A stretch of DNA of 64,000 nucleotides from Lingula anatina. Lineage: Eukaryota; Animalia; Brachiopoda. The position numbers and the translations under genes were made by a program. The stretch spans positions 4,898,001 to 4,962,000 of the forward strand of contig CM120645.1 in assembly GCA_051362555.1 (NCBI GenBank). The letters run 5' to 3'. Position 1 is the stretch's first letter, and each line of letters begins with the position of its first letter. The notes below the pieces were generated by a model, which did no database searches, was not told the DNA's origin, and was given only the letters and a program-made list of their open reading frames with translations. Positions 39,286-51,867 of the stretch are shown here, piece by piece.

Positions 39286-42200
39286 CTACGGGGGAACCGT
39301 TTTTTTTCTTAAGGCCAGAGTAACTGCCAGCATGATAATGCCTTGGAGACATTTAAATACAGAGTCCAAGTAGCAAAAGTCTCCAACTGATGCTACCGAC
39401 AGGCTTACAAAGATCAAGCCCACACAGCCAGTCAAGGTTACACTAGAGCTCATGAACACCATCTTATAACAAGAATTTATGCTCAGTAAGTTTGGGTAAA
39501 CAGCATATGTAATTAACGTTCCAGCTCTTTTATACACAATCAGAACAACGCATATCACCGCATTGAATAATGCAGCCAGTGAGGCTGGTGCCACTACGAG
39601 GAGAAGGTAGGATTGGATATTACCAAAGAAACACGTTCCTTGGCAGTAGAGCATTTTCACTGGGACAACATCCCACATGTCTGACACTATTCCAGCCGAC
39701 ACCATCACCAATGGGATTGTATATGTAGTTCCAATACAAGCCAACAGATGTCTCTTTGGGCTTTTGCTCCAAGACAGACTGGCTGTGACGCCGTGTAATG
39801 CGGTTAAGGACATACTTGCTAGCCAAAGAAAACTTACCAGCCAAAAGAAATGGGCAGTAGCTATCAAAGCCATGCACACAGTGCCATCAGTTTTCACGGG
39901 GATAATTGCTAGAAGGGAGAAGAAGAACTGAACCAAGAGAAATATGATTGTGACGTGTATGATCATTCCATCTGCAATATTCTTACAACCAGACTGAATA
40001 ACACATGTAATAAGATGAACCAGAAGTATGCCCATTGAAATGGAAGGTAAAGCCCAAAATTCAGGGATAGTCATGGAAATTACATTACCGGTCATTGATA
40101 TAATTTTGGTTTTATTTATTGTTTGAGATAAAGATTCTAGGAACTTTCCAATAGCCTGTCTGCAGATAAATATGTTGCCCTCAAAAGTGAAAACTTGATT
40201 CCAGCTAATGGTGACATTTGCTGCGGCATATTCAAAATAAAAATTAAATGCACCATATTTCACGTTTGTAACGTCTGCCATTGAAACAACAACGACAGAG
40301 CATAAAAAAGAGTCTGGATCACGTGATGGTCTGAATGCGCCACCTAAGTCCGACCAAGAGGCAGTTTTGTACATAGGATTATCATTTGAAACACGGATAG
40401 TCATATCTATTATATATTTTCCATGAAATAAATTAAGGGAAAAATTAACCTTAGGCAAAATGCTGGTTAAATCTTTCCGCATTGACGCCTCTGCAAATGC
40501 AATAGATTCATATGTTGCCTGTTTACCGCGTAGTTCTAATGGGAAACTTAGTAGCATTTCTATTTGTGAGAATGGTTGGGAGGAAAACACTGCCTGACAA
40601 CCAATGTTTTTCCTGCGGTTTACATCAGCTATTCCTAACTCACTGAATCTGTATTTAATTGCAGAACAAATAAATCTGTGATTGGTGTAAACATTGATTG
40701 GGATGTTTTCATAATCAATGAATGTAAAGATAATATCAATGTCCATGTGCACTCCTGAAAATTGCTGAAACAAAGGTATGCAATCTCCGTGAATGACGTC
40801 GTAGTTAAACTGACGGGGGCACTCTTCATAACCACTGGCACACTGAAAAGAGTAAAAAGGTGAATTATTGGGTTGAGATTTGTAGAAGTTTGATAGCATG
40901 GTCGATACTAATCAATGCAACAACAATTTTATTCCATAGCTTTTATAAAGATTTTAAAATGCACTAATATGTAGGTCCAAAGGGAAGGTAATGGATTTTT
41001 TAACCAATTTTTTATTTCCAGTCCAACGGCATGGAAACGGATTTCCAGTGTTAATTTTACGTTGTGGAGCTTCCACAAAGAGAAACATGGTTGATCCATA
41101 GTCACTGTATTGGTAGCGGGTAAATGAAGTTCCAATACATGCCAACAGATGTCTCTTTGGGCTTTTGCTCCAAGACAGACTGGCTGTGATGCCGGGTAAT
41201 ACCCGAGGAACACAATTAGAAGTCATATGGCATTTGGTTAAAAAAGAAGTTTAAAGCAACAAAAACAACAAACTTTTGAAGTTTGCGCTCCAGGTAAATT
41301 TATGAATAACAAGGTATTATCTCTGGATAAGAGTTATAAAAGTACTGTAGGCTTTTTATTTCAACTGCAGCATTGCTCTCACTAACATCTTGGCGGTGAA
41401 CAGTCGTCATATCACTTTTAATATATCATAATGCAGATGTCCAATTCCTCGTGTAGCAAAAGCCCAAAGAGACTACTCTTGGTGTGTATTGGAGCTGTTA
41501 TACACTGTTGTACTAAAAGGTAAGTATTTTTAAATCCCTGCCCGTACTATTCAAATATGGCCTATACGTGGTGATATATACAGCTTTTTATAACTATTAT
41601 CTAGAGTTGGCAATGTGCAACATTGTCTTTATTATCCACAGTCACAATAACAGTTTCATGAAAAAAATTATTTTCAAATAAAATTTTTAAAAAATCTTAT
41701 GTGGTTATTTCATTGGCAAATTCGTGACTCTTATATATTTATATACATACCGGGTCTGAGCTGAACTGGGAGTGCTGTGAAACTCTGCAATGGTACCTGT
41801 TGTTTTCTTTGGCCAAGATTGGACCAACCGATAGAAGTGAAGAGAATCCCATGGGATTGTACACATTTCCAGGATCCCCTGGCAATGTATAATCGGAAAT
41901 ATGCCAAATATTAACAGACATTTAAAACCTTTTCCAGTACAAGATGCAAACGAGAATTATAATGAGGTGTGTGTTTGCGTGCGTGTGTGTGCAGATGAGA
42001 GACAGAATGAGAGAGAGAGAGAGAGAGAAAAAAGAGCAGTTTCATCTTCATTATTAAAAAAGAAATAGGAAAGAACGTGTAAAAAAACGCGTACGGACAT
42101 ATATTAACATGTTAAAAAAGGAAAAAGAAGTTCAAGAAGTTCATCTCTTATTGTTCCCTAAGAATGGAAAACTAAGGATTAACTGATTGCTAAAAAAAGT

Positions 42201-43510
42201 TAGCTTTTCATTTAATTTTTTTAGAAAAAAATGTAAAATACAGGAAGAACAATATATAGATGTCTGTACTCACTGTTATTCTGACAGCTATCTGTTCCTT
42301 TGAAGCAATTGCCTTCCCAACAAAGAAAACAGAAGAAATTCTTAAAGAGTCTCCCTTGCAAGTTTACGACATTAGTTGGTCCTTCAAAGCACAAATCCAC
42401 CAATGCGTCATATGGTATACTCGTATCGACACCTATGCAATAATTATAGTCAGACTCTCCTACACTTGGGCACTTCAATAGCTCAGCTTCATTTTCTTCA
42501 GCCGCACACAGACGCATGGCCAAATCTCTTGTAGAAAAATAGTTGATAAAGCAATCTGAGTCGGTCTTCAAAACTTCTCGAATGGCTTCATCTACAGATG
42601 ACACGTTTTGGAATTTCTGTGGACCTTCAAAGTAACAGCCTAAGGTGGCATTCCAGGGATCAATGTCTGAGATATTGTGACACAGTGTACAGAATATGTT
42701 CTTGAAAGAGAGTCCAGACTCCTTGTCGTACACAGGGGTATAATGTAAGGCGAGGTCTGTCATATTGGGACTGTTACTTTCACACTTCATCCGAATGCCT
42801 GCATCCTTCCAATTTTCTGGGCATGTCGAGACAAACCAAAAATAGGCCGGGTTGGTCTCTGAATTTGCCAGAGGAGCTTTCAAGCATTTAATTTGAGGTT
42901 GGGTAATATTTCGGTTGATAGTTTGCTCTGTGTGGTTTGAAGCACAGTCCCGCTCCATTTGCCAACAACAATCATTAAGCATGTGACAATATTTGTCACA
43001 TGAACATTGTATTTGGAAATACCTATCCGAGAGAACATGTTTAGCAAGACAAAATTGAACATTTGGTTTTGGAATTGGGATAATATTGGTAATCTCAGCT
43101 GGACTCATATTGGTTCCGAGGGTAGATACTGTGCTTAATGCAGGTATTACATCATTAATTTCGGATGTGTTTAAAGTGTCATCTGGAAAATCAGCCATGC
43201 CATCGGCCAATAAATGACGCCGAAACCTACCAGGTATCCAGGGCTCAGAAAAATCTGAACTTTGGGTGGGGCGTCTTTTGATATGTGTTTTTACCATTGC
43301 TTTTGCTTTGGTCCCCTCAGGTTTGGCTTCCGTATTCCATCTTCTTCCAAGACGCTCTCTCTTGTCTTCCATTAAAGGTGGGTTTACTTTTTTTACCACT
43401 TCTAAATTTACTGTCGGTTTTCCTCTTGGCATCTGTATGAAAGGTTTTGAATGATAAAGGAAAACCATAACCAAGAGGAAAAATGTAACAAGCACTCTAA
43501 ATTTCCCCAT
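39286..43510 (-). CDS. Receptor copy D, 973 aa; exons 43510-42274, 41878-41751, 40842-39286
   Basis: Canonical splice sites at homologous positions; intact 2922-nt CDS; same architecture as A-C. Confidence 0.88.
41128..41200 (-). repeat. 73-bp copy of exon-3 (ICL2/TM4) coding sequence inside intron 2 of copy D
   Basis: Matches 39727-39799 with 3 mismatches, same orientation. Confidence 0.9.
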
Positions 43511-44609
43511 TGGGAATAGTAAATTTGCCAACAACGGAAGTATGCCTTGTCAATAATGAAATGATAAAATTTCCTAATTTGAACAGGTAGCAAACGTTTG
43601 ATGATTGGAAGCAACGGAATGCTTTAAATAGTTATTGGTCACTGACTCATGACTTCGAAACAGACAATATATAATAACTGTTATTAGTTTACTCTAACAT
43701 ATAATGCTTCTTTGAACGTCATTTGGCTTGGTTATTATTTTGTAGCCTTGAAGACTGAACGCAATTTGGGTCCATTTATTAGAAATCACCTTTCATAAGA
43801 AATATAATTTATTATTATTTTTATCTATTTTTTGTTTATTTATTTATTTTGATTTTTTTCTTTGCCAAAATTCAGAATATTTGACATATATACGTATAAC
43901 CTTATCCACACTTTTTAAAAAATTCTTCTTGTGCAGCATGGATGTTCCATTATCCTTAATCATAAAATAACCAATGCGTGACAGGAAGTCATTAAGTGCT
44001 TGGTAATAAACTTTCATAACATTTTGCAAATAATATGTTTCTCCGACAACGATTTTAAGTCGTTTAAGTCGTTGAAGTCGTGCAAGTGAAAAACAGTGAT
44101 CATATTGGTGGCCAAATTAGTCTCGTCTGCTTGATTTTCATTGGCATCTGGTTGCATAAGAAGTGACGAGAACTAGGAAAATTAACTTTGCAACTACTGT
44201 AATGAATTGGTTTTCGTGGCGAAGTTAAGATATTAGTTAGGTAGGCCTATTTCATTAAAAGCTTACGAATTCTTGCACTGTGAGATATTTTTTTTATAAG
44301 ATTAAAAACCCTAAAGGTACTGATATTCTTACACTGTTTAGCATTTTGTTCCCGGCTGCCCCCGAGTTCTGATTGACCCACCCGAACTGGTCGCAGTGCA
44401 GGCCAACATCATCAAGTAGAGGAAAATTCCGGCTCCTCCATTCTTGGTCCATCACCACGTAACTCAATTAACGAAGAACAGTCTGTAAAATTAGCGTTAA
44501 ATAATTAAATGATTTAAAGCTTTTGTACACTCAAAAAGGGAAATGCATATGTAAATTTTAAACGGATTGGACTACTATTTTAAATTATGGCAGTATAACT
44601 GAAAGCATC

Positions 44610-44680
44610 TTATTATCTCCAACAAGGAGGTTATGTTTTTGGTCTCGTAAGTTTGTGTTTGTTTGTTTGTGTGCTCTCTA
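44610..44680 (+). mobile_element. Helentron/HINE-like non-autonomous element 5' fragment
   Basis: TTATTATCTCCAACAAGGAGGTTATGTTTTTGG followed by a (GTTT)n microsatellite, as I recall for 5' ends of non-autonomous Helentron-type repeats. Confidence 0.45.
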
Positions 44681-47600
44681 GGAGAGGCTGCAGGCTCGCT
44701 TTTGAAATAACACAGCAGGACAGGTTACAATAAATAATATTTAGGTTACAATAAATAATACTTAATATTACATTTCAAAGCTTACATAGGTCAGATCATA
44801 TCAGATCAGATCAGAATGACAGATATGGCATCTCAGACCATGAGAAATATGGGTGCAAAAGGCAGTGACTGTATCTCAACAAAAAACCAAGCAATCTCAG
44901 CTAAATACAGTACCTTCTTTATGGTTTTATTACTGATTTTTTATCCTAACAAATGATCGAATTCGATATTTGAAGACATTACATTTAAAGTGTCAGTTTT
45001 CACCTGGAACGCAATTTTGGGGCTCTGGACCAGTAGCATTCAATATGTACCCCTCATCACATACAAAGGACCATTTCACAGGACGAGGCAATTGCTCGAC
45101 CTTCTTTATTGGTGGTATTCTTGCAGTGAATCTTGTTGTTTTTTCCACCTTACAGCATCTTGAGTTATCCCCGCGGACACATGGCCAATTGCTTTAAGAT
45201 ATATAATAAAAATTCAGAGATGTATGGCAATGAATTCATCTACCTTTTATCGTTGAGCATGACGCCACGGTAACTTTGTTTTCTTGATAATTTCTCATCT
45301 AAAATTCAGTGTGCCATGCACAGAGTTGTTAGATGTCATAAACTTTGGCATAGTACACTGGTTAATATCCACGGCATTTTTTTAAAATTCAGTTTGAATA
45401 ACTAAAATATACGTTACAAGAAATCGTAATTACATAATACAGTTATTATAAATATAAACCTTACAAGGAATTTCGTCTGCCTGTGCTTCTAGTGTTGTAT
45501 ATCTTTAAAGGAAATGTATTTTAAAAAATCGCCAGAATTTGGGACAAACTGTCTTTTAAATCAAACAAATAAATTAATCACCTACATTTACCACCGACTG
45601 CATATGCATTTGGTGTGACACAACCATCAAAACAAGACAAAGAAAAATCAGACTGGTCACCTTCACATCAAACAAGTGTTCTAAAGCTGCTGAATTGATT
45701 TCTGGTACATTGCTGGTCTACTTGTTGTCAGAGACGACTGTATGTGGGTCTGATAAAATGTTTTAAAACTAAATTCCAACTGTGACTGCTCGAGTGGAAT
45801 TAACCACTCATATGCTAGGGACAGAATATTCCTTTACTGACGAATGAAATTTTATGCATCTTATGGTTGTGAGTGTTTGATTATCATACTAACTCCAAAT
45901 TCAGTTTTTGTACCCGCAATTTTGAAACCTTCATACTTCGTTTGTATTAAGATGATTATTTTGTTAGATAAGTCGATAGACGCGCATTTCTACCTACAAT
46001 CGTAATCCAAATTTGAAGAAAAACGGTTTTGCCTGTAGTTTTCATTATCAGTGGACGCGAGGACACAAGAATAAAAAACTGCTCTTCAAACCCTTGTTAT
46101 GTTTCTTACACAGCATCTCACCCTAGCTCTCGCTCTCTCACCTGCACACGCGCTATACAGTTTTTCCGTATGTTTTGCAATTCTTCATTATTTCTTACGC
46201 AGTGAAATGGTCATCGTATTACTTATGCTTATAGAGGTACATTTATTGTTTTTTAGACCAATATATCAAGAACCACGGTAATATCATTTGCTGTATGCAG
46301 ACACCTAGGTCTGTTGCCTGAACAAGGAAGTTGCACCAAAAGAATCTACTTTTAGTACTGACCACTTCTCAACCAATCGCTAAGACACCATTGGTAAAAA
46401 TAATATCTCAAGTATATGGCCTTATTAAAGAAATGGCTGTCAAACTGAAATGTATTCAAGATAATGGAACTTTTCAGAAACCAAGAAAATCTAATACTGA
46501 CTTGTTCCACATTTCCTAGAGGTTAAAATGAGTTTTGGCCATTGCATTATTATCTGTATAAACGTTGACCGTTACATGTAAATAATGCAAGTTAATAAAT
46601 TTAACCTAACTCAATACTTTTCACAAATTATTTCATTAAAATGCATAAAACCCGGTCAGTTTATCCATTTCTTTATTATTTGTTTATATATAGGCATCTA
46701 TGTACAGAGGGTTGTGTTAGAGAAGACACTTGGTCGTTGATGAACACAATGTGACTGATTGTGGCACACCCTATGCTAATATTCCATAAATTATTTCAGA
46801 GTATTGCAAAGCCTTCTTCTGCATCCCATCTTAAAGCCATTGGTCTATACTTTTACTTATAATATATACATTAATAAATCGGCATAGGTTTTTTAACTGT
46901 TTTGATATCAACTGTTGGCTAAGTGAAATGGGCAAATCATTTTTGTGATCGTTTCCCTTAACCAAGGGCAGAATGACGTTTAAAGTTGATAATAAATATT
47001 GAATGCTACGATTCCCATAAGATAATGAATCCATGATGCGCGGAAATGAAGGAAATGAAAAGCGGCGCATGGTAACAGTGGGACTACATGAAAATGAATA
47101 CTCCTCTGAATAATACAAGATAAACCTATCCGAACTCACTGCATTTATGATCGCTGGGCTATTTTGAAACAGAAAAAAGACTACTTCCACCATCAACTTG
47201 ATTTTATGGTTGCAAATATAATATTTGCAAGGTTCTTCCAGATATTTTTTTCAAAATGAAGAAAAAATGGCCTCAGCCTCGGCTGCCCTTAAACTCCTTT
47301 AATATCCGGGTTAAAGACGATGTACTTACGAGCAGGTTTTTTGACACCTGCAAACACTTGTACACAGCTGCTTGGCCTTTCTTGGACAATATGGACAGCA
47401 CTTCACATATTTTATGATGCACTAAATATTTATTTATTTCACCGAATAGCAAACACACAATATTTTGCAGTAATAGTGACGAGGTGAATTTCTTAACAGC
47501 AGGAAGCTTAAGCTAAGCTTAAGGCCGTTCGTTGCGTTAATATAATTGTAGGCGATGGGATATAGCCTTTAAAAGTGAATTTACATGTAGATCATTTTGT

Positions 47601-47993
47601 CAATACTAAACCACGAAAAATTAACTTTAGACATTTACATTTTATTTTACCTCTGACCAAAACAATGCACAAAAAACATATTGTAAAGCAAATTTTGAAT
47701 TCTTGATTTTTTTTTTTTTTTTTTTTTTTTTTTGCATATTTTGCCTTCAGGGTTAAACTCTAAAATCGATGCTTTTTCCTATAATTTTTGTACTTTCGTG
47801 TTTTTAAGTCATGTTATCATGAATTAATGTAAAATGTTTATCAGTCATAAAATTCGCTACAAACAATTTTAAATGATACAATTTTCATACAAAAAATTCA
47901 TCCTTTTCAAGTGTTAACATCAACAAAATCTTGACTAATCAAATTCACAAGTAGCAGTTTTAACGTCACAAAGAAAATTTAAGTTACAAGAAA

Positions 47994-49196
47994 TCACTTT
48001 GATTTATTAAGTGACATTTCGAGACTCTTCCAGCGTGGGTCCTCCACGGGGTTTTGCGACAGTTTTGATTTTGATCTAGCCAACAAAATGTCCTTCCTTT
48101 CTTTGACCTTTTGTAATTCTTTGGAATTTTCCAACACCCTAGAGCGCACTGCTAAAGGTAAACTCTTGGAAAGGTGTTGCAGGCGATTATTTTTCTGATA
48201 GTCATTTCTTAGAAGTGGATTGGCCTCGTGAGTACCGTGGCAGCAATCTGACTTTGCTGATCGACAGCGAGTTTCACAGCGCACGCTTGGAAAAGCAGAC
48301 GAACTCTGCGGCCTGTCTGGAAGAGGAGGAAGGGTTTGCGGAATTCTGGGCCGTTGCGTTTTCGTAATCACCGTTTTTGATCCACTCATGCTCAAACTCA
48401 GATCTTCACGACTTGTTGAGAGACGTCTTACGCGTGTTTTAGTATCTAATGGTCGTGCCTCGTCTGTATTTGAAGCCAGTGCGGCCTTCTCGGCCAGTCT
48501 CTTTATTTCGATTTCTCCATTATCTACTGTGGATGACCTTCGTCTGCGTCTCCCAGGGAATATGACGTCTCTCTCTACGTCATCATCTACGTCATCATCG
48601 TCGTCCACTTCGGAATCATTTAAATTTTCATGCTGAAGATGAATGGGTGGCAGCAGACGAGGAGGGAGGGGTGGAATGTGGATGGCCGCCCCGGGGTGAG
48701 TCTCGGTCAGGTCCCCGGTACTGAGAGAAATTCGTCGAACATAACGAGGTCGCAACCAGAATTTGCTGGCTTTGTTCTCTGACCCTTGCCCACTATCAGC
48801 CGTGTCCCTTTGTGGCACTTGCTCCACCTGTACTCCATCTATACTGTCATCACTGTTGCTTTTGCTTCCTAGGTCATTTTCCCGATTGGAATCACAACAA
48901 TCTAGCTTGTCCACGCTCCGGGAGGCGCTTAAACCCTTTCTGTTTAAGTCGTCTGCAACCATTTTCTTCCCAAACCGGGGATTTCCTTTCCGTTCTAGAA
49001 CACTTTTCGCCAAGAAAGCTCGCTGGAATGAGTCATGCTCTGCGCTGATTTTTTCTTTGTGCTTTTCGATGTTTTTCAGTTTCAACGTCAACTGTCGTTC
49101 GGAAAACGGAATCTCTTTCTCCTTTACCTGCGGATGTCTCGTTTTGTTGTAAAGCGGATCCACATGATCTTTCTTCGGTGCTACGGAACTGAACAT
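47994..49196 (-). CDS. Uncharacterised 400-aa protein, N-terminal coiled coil plus disordered region, single coding exon
   Basis: Long GC-richer ORF in AT-rich background; first ATG at 49196 (GCCAAGATG); helical segment ERQLTLKLKNIEKHKEKISAEHDSFQRAF, acidic run, RRxS motifs, C-terminal PVEDPRWKSLEMSL. Confidence 0.75.
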   Translation of the reverse strand: MFSSVAPKKDHVDPLYNKTRHPQVKEKEIPFSERQLTLKLKNIEKHKEKISAEHDSFQRAFLAKSVLERKGNPRFGKKMVADDLNRKGLSASRSVDKLDCCDSNRENDLGSKSNSDDSIDGVQVEQVPQRDTADSGQGSENKASKFWLRPRYVRRISLSTGDLTETHPGAAIHIPPLPPRLLPPIHLQHENLNDSEVDDDDDVDDDVERDVIFPGRRRRRSSTVDNGEIEIKRLAEKAALASNTDEARPLDTKTRVRRLSTSREDLSLSMSGSKTVITKTQRPRIPQTLPPLPDRPQSSSAFPSVRCETRCRSAKSDCCHGTHEANPLLRNDYQKNNRLQHLSKSLPLAVRSRVLENSKELQKVKERKDILLARSKSKLSQNPVEDPRWKSLEMSLNKSK

Positions 49197-51867
49197 CTTG
49201 GCGGCTCCACAAAGGTCTGAAACAATTGGTTCCTTCACAACGTTGAAAACAACGGTATAGGTTTGATAGGTAGGTTGCTTTAGCCTCCGTTTACGTTTAA
49301 GCCCCCTTACACAACGAAGTGTTATTTTTAGAAGTTACTTACGTTCGAGCACAGTTCTATTAATAAAGATTTTTATCCTCGACCAACGCTGCCACCGGCA
49401 CGAGTGTTCATAAATGTCCAAAATCCTGAACTGATACCTCCTTGAACTGAAACAGGATTTTCATTTTTTTCCAGAAGACCTGCTGAAAGATGAGTAATAC
49501 CCGGAAGTTGTGGTATCCGTTTTAGAAACTTCGAAAATCGGTTGTTTTCGTGTTGTTCTTAGTCTCCTCGGTAACGTCCGGCATCCACACGTAGTAAAAT
49601 ACTTTAATTCGCACTAAAACAGGAGTTTGCAGCCGCTGCTTACACACACATACACAGCGTCCCGTGTTCACAGCATGTCCACGAGAAAAGTCTGCGTCCG
49701 TCTAGTTAATTATTTCCACGTGTTATGTGCCATTCAGTATGACAAATGATCGCGCTGGCTAAAGTTCTCCGAAAGAGCATTATATTTAACAATAACCTCC
49801 TCCGCAAATTTAGTCTGGTAGACGTCTAAGAATAAAGCCTTTCCGAGAGGTAATCGTAAAGGTCGATCGTAATTATTGACTAAATTATTTCAGACAACTT
49901 CTAAGAGATGGCGACGTCAAACATTCATACGGATATTCATAAAGTGAAAAGTAGTTTGCCGTCGTCTAAATGGAAGGTTCGCCTGTGGTAGCCTGAAGGA
50001 CGAGAATCAAAATGTTCTCACCACTGACCGCGACTGTGTTTTCCGAAGCAGTGTGACGACGGCCTTCAAAAACTACTCCGTAACTTGTCCTCCTGTACGT
50101 AGAGAGCCAATATCCAAGTGTTCCTTGCCCTATAATCCAGTATCAGTGTTCATATCTTTAGTACTCTTACCCACTTGTCCCACAAGGCAACAGAGCTGTA
50201 TCGGAATGTTATATCACTGAACAAACTCCCATAATCTTGTAATATCTTAGATATGCTACTACCGATGTACAGTGTACGTAAGGAGTATATACAATACGCA
50301 ACAGTAGCACTAACTCGGCCAGCTGACGACAAAATGAAAATAATACGTAGTTACTGCACACGATATTTGCTCTACAAGATTTACTCTGATATTTGTTCAG
50401 AAAGATTTACTCTTTCAGTTTTTCAAATAACAAAGCCCTTCCCATTCCCCCCTCCATTTGTTACTGCAAGTGTACTCAACATTTCTTTTTAAAATCATTT
50501 TGTCCGTTCCGCTACAGGCGATAATTAATAAGCTCAAGGAAGAATTGACGTGGTGCCACATTTTGAACCCATTTTGACGAGGACATTGAACACAAAGCGA
50601 CAATTACGCTTTATTTTATTTGCTCTCTGGTATCTCGGACGACTGTCAAATAAAATGTCACTGTTGACTAACGGAATCGTTAAGAGTCCAACATGAAAAG
50701 AAATCCACTTACATAAGTTGCTACTTCAAACTGGCAAACACTGGCGGTATTTCGCTGTGTGCATTGGGGTAAACTTTTCCTTTTTCTATCATTTTTTATG
50801 ACGCACAATGCTGCACACTGCTATTTGAATTGCGTAAATTCTTTACATGTCACGGACCGCTGTTATAAGAGTCTTGTTTAAACAATTGGATAGGGTGCTT
50901 AAAAACGGTTGTTTCTACAGCAATATCTTCGTCATGTGCTCCAAATAAATTACTTTAATAAACCAAAAGAAGTGAGAGAGGCAGTGAATGACAGGCAGTG
51001 ATCCCACTCCTTCAAACTATGAACAAATATAAAGTATTTTCGGTAATACTGAAATGTGAAATCAGAAATAAATATGATAACTGTTATTAATCTCAATTAC
51101 AAGTTAGATTTTTATTATATTTATATATATTTACATACATAACAAAAGATAAGACAATGAACTGCTATATTTATCATATTTGCCTAAATAGAGAATATAT
51201 AGAGAAAAAGATCATCCTAAAAATATCTAAAAGTCACTAAAAACTACAAAATATATATATCTTGCACACATCAAAAGTAAAAAAAGGAAAAAAACGCTTT
51301 CTCTTGGTACAACAAAAGATATATAATTCATAATAATTAGTTCTGTATTAAAAGTTTAAGGCATATATATATATTTTCAAGTAAATGCAAAGTAAAAGAA
51401 AAAACAGTAACAGTGTAAGTTTTCAGTAAAAACATATATTAAACTATAACAATGACATTACAGCATATTTTCTATATATGTAGGCATTGTAAGCTGTTTT
51501 TGGTGTCATGATTTTTTTCTATTTATAAAATTTATTTCATAAACTATTTTTAATTTTTAAGGGAGGGGGCATATTTTCCTATCTTTTAACTAAGTCAGAC
51601 GGCACAATAATTGTACTTTCCCATCCATACAAATGCAGACTACTTGTCAAGATTCTACCTTTGAATCTTTCTTACATTTTGCCTTTAAAATTTGCAAGAT
51701 ATCAAAAATTATGTAAGTTAAGTGACATTGTATTATCCCATATAAATGTAAGTTTCATTAAATATCATTATATCAAATAAGACAAAATAAAGTACGGTAT
51801 GTTTTGGCATATATGGAGTGGATATTGATTTCTATTGCACCTCCAGAGCATGTAGTATATTTCCACT

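Noticed and set aside
9100-44200. Cluster as an assembly artefact of uncollapsed haplotypes
   Set aside because: Copies differ by up to ~30% in ectodomain protein sequence, have distinct insertions and opposite orientations.
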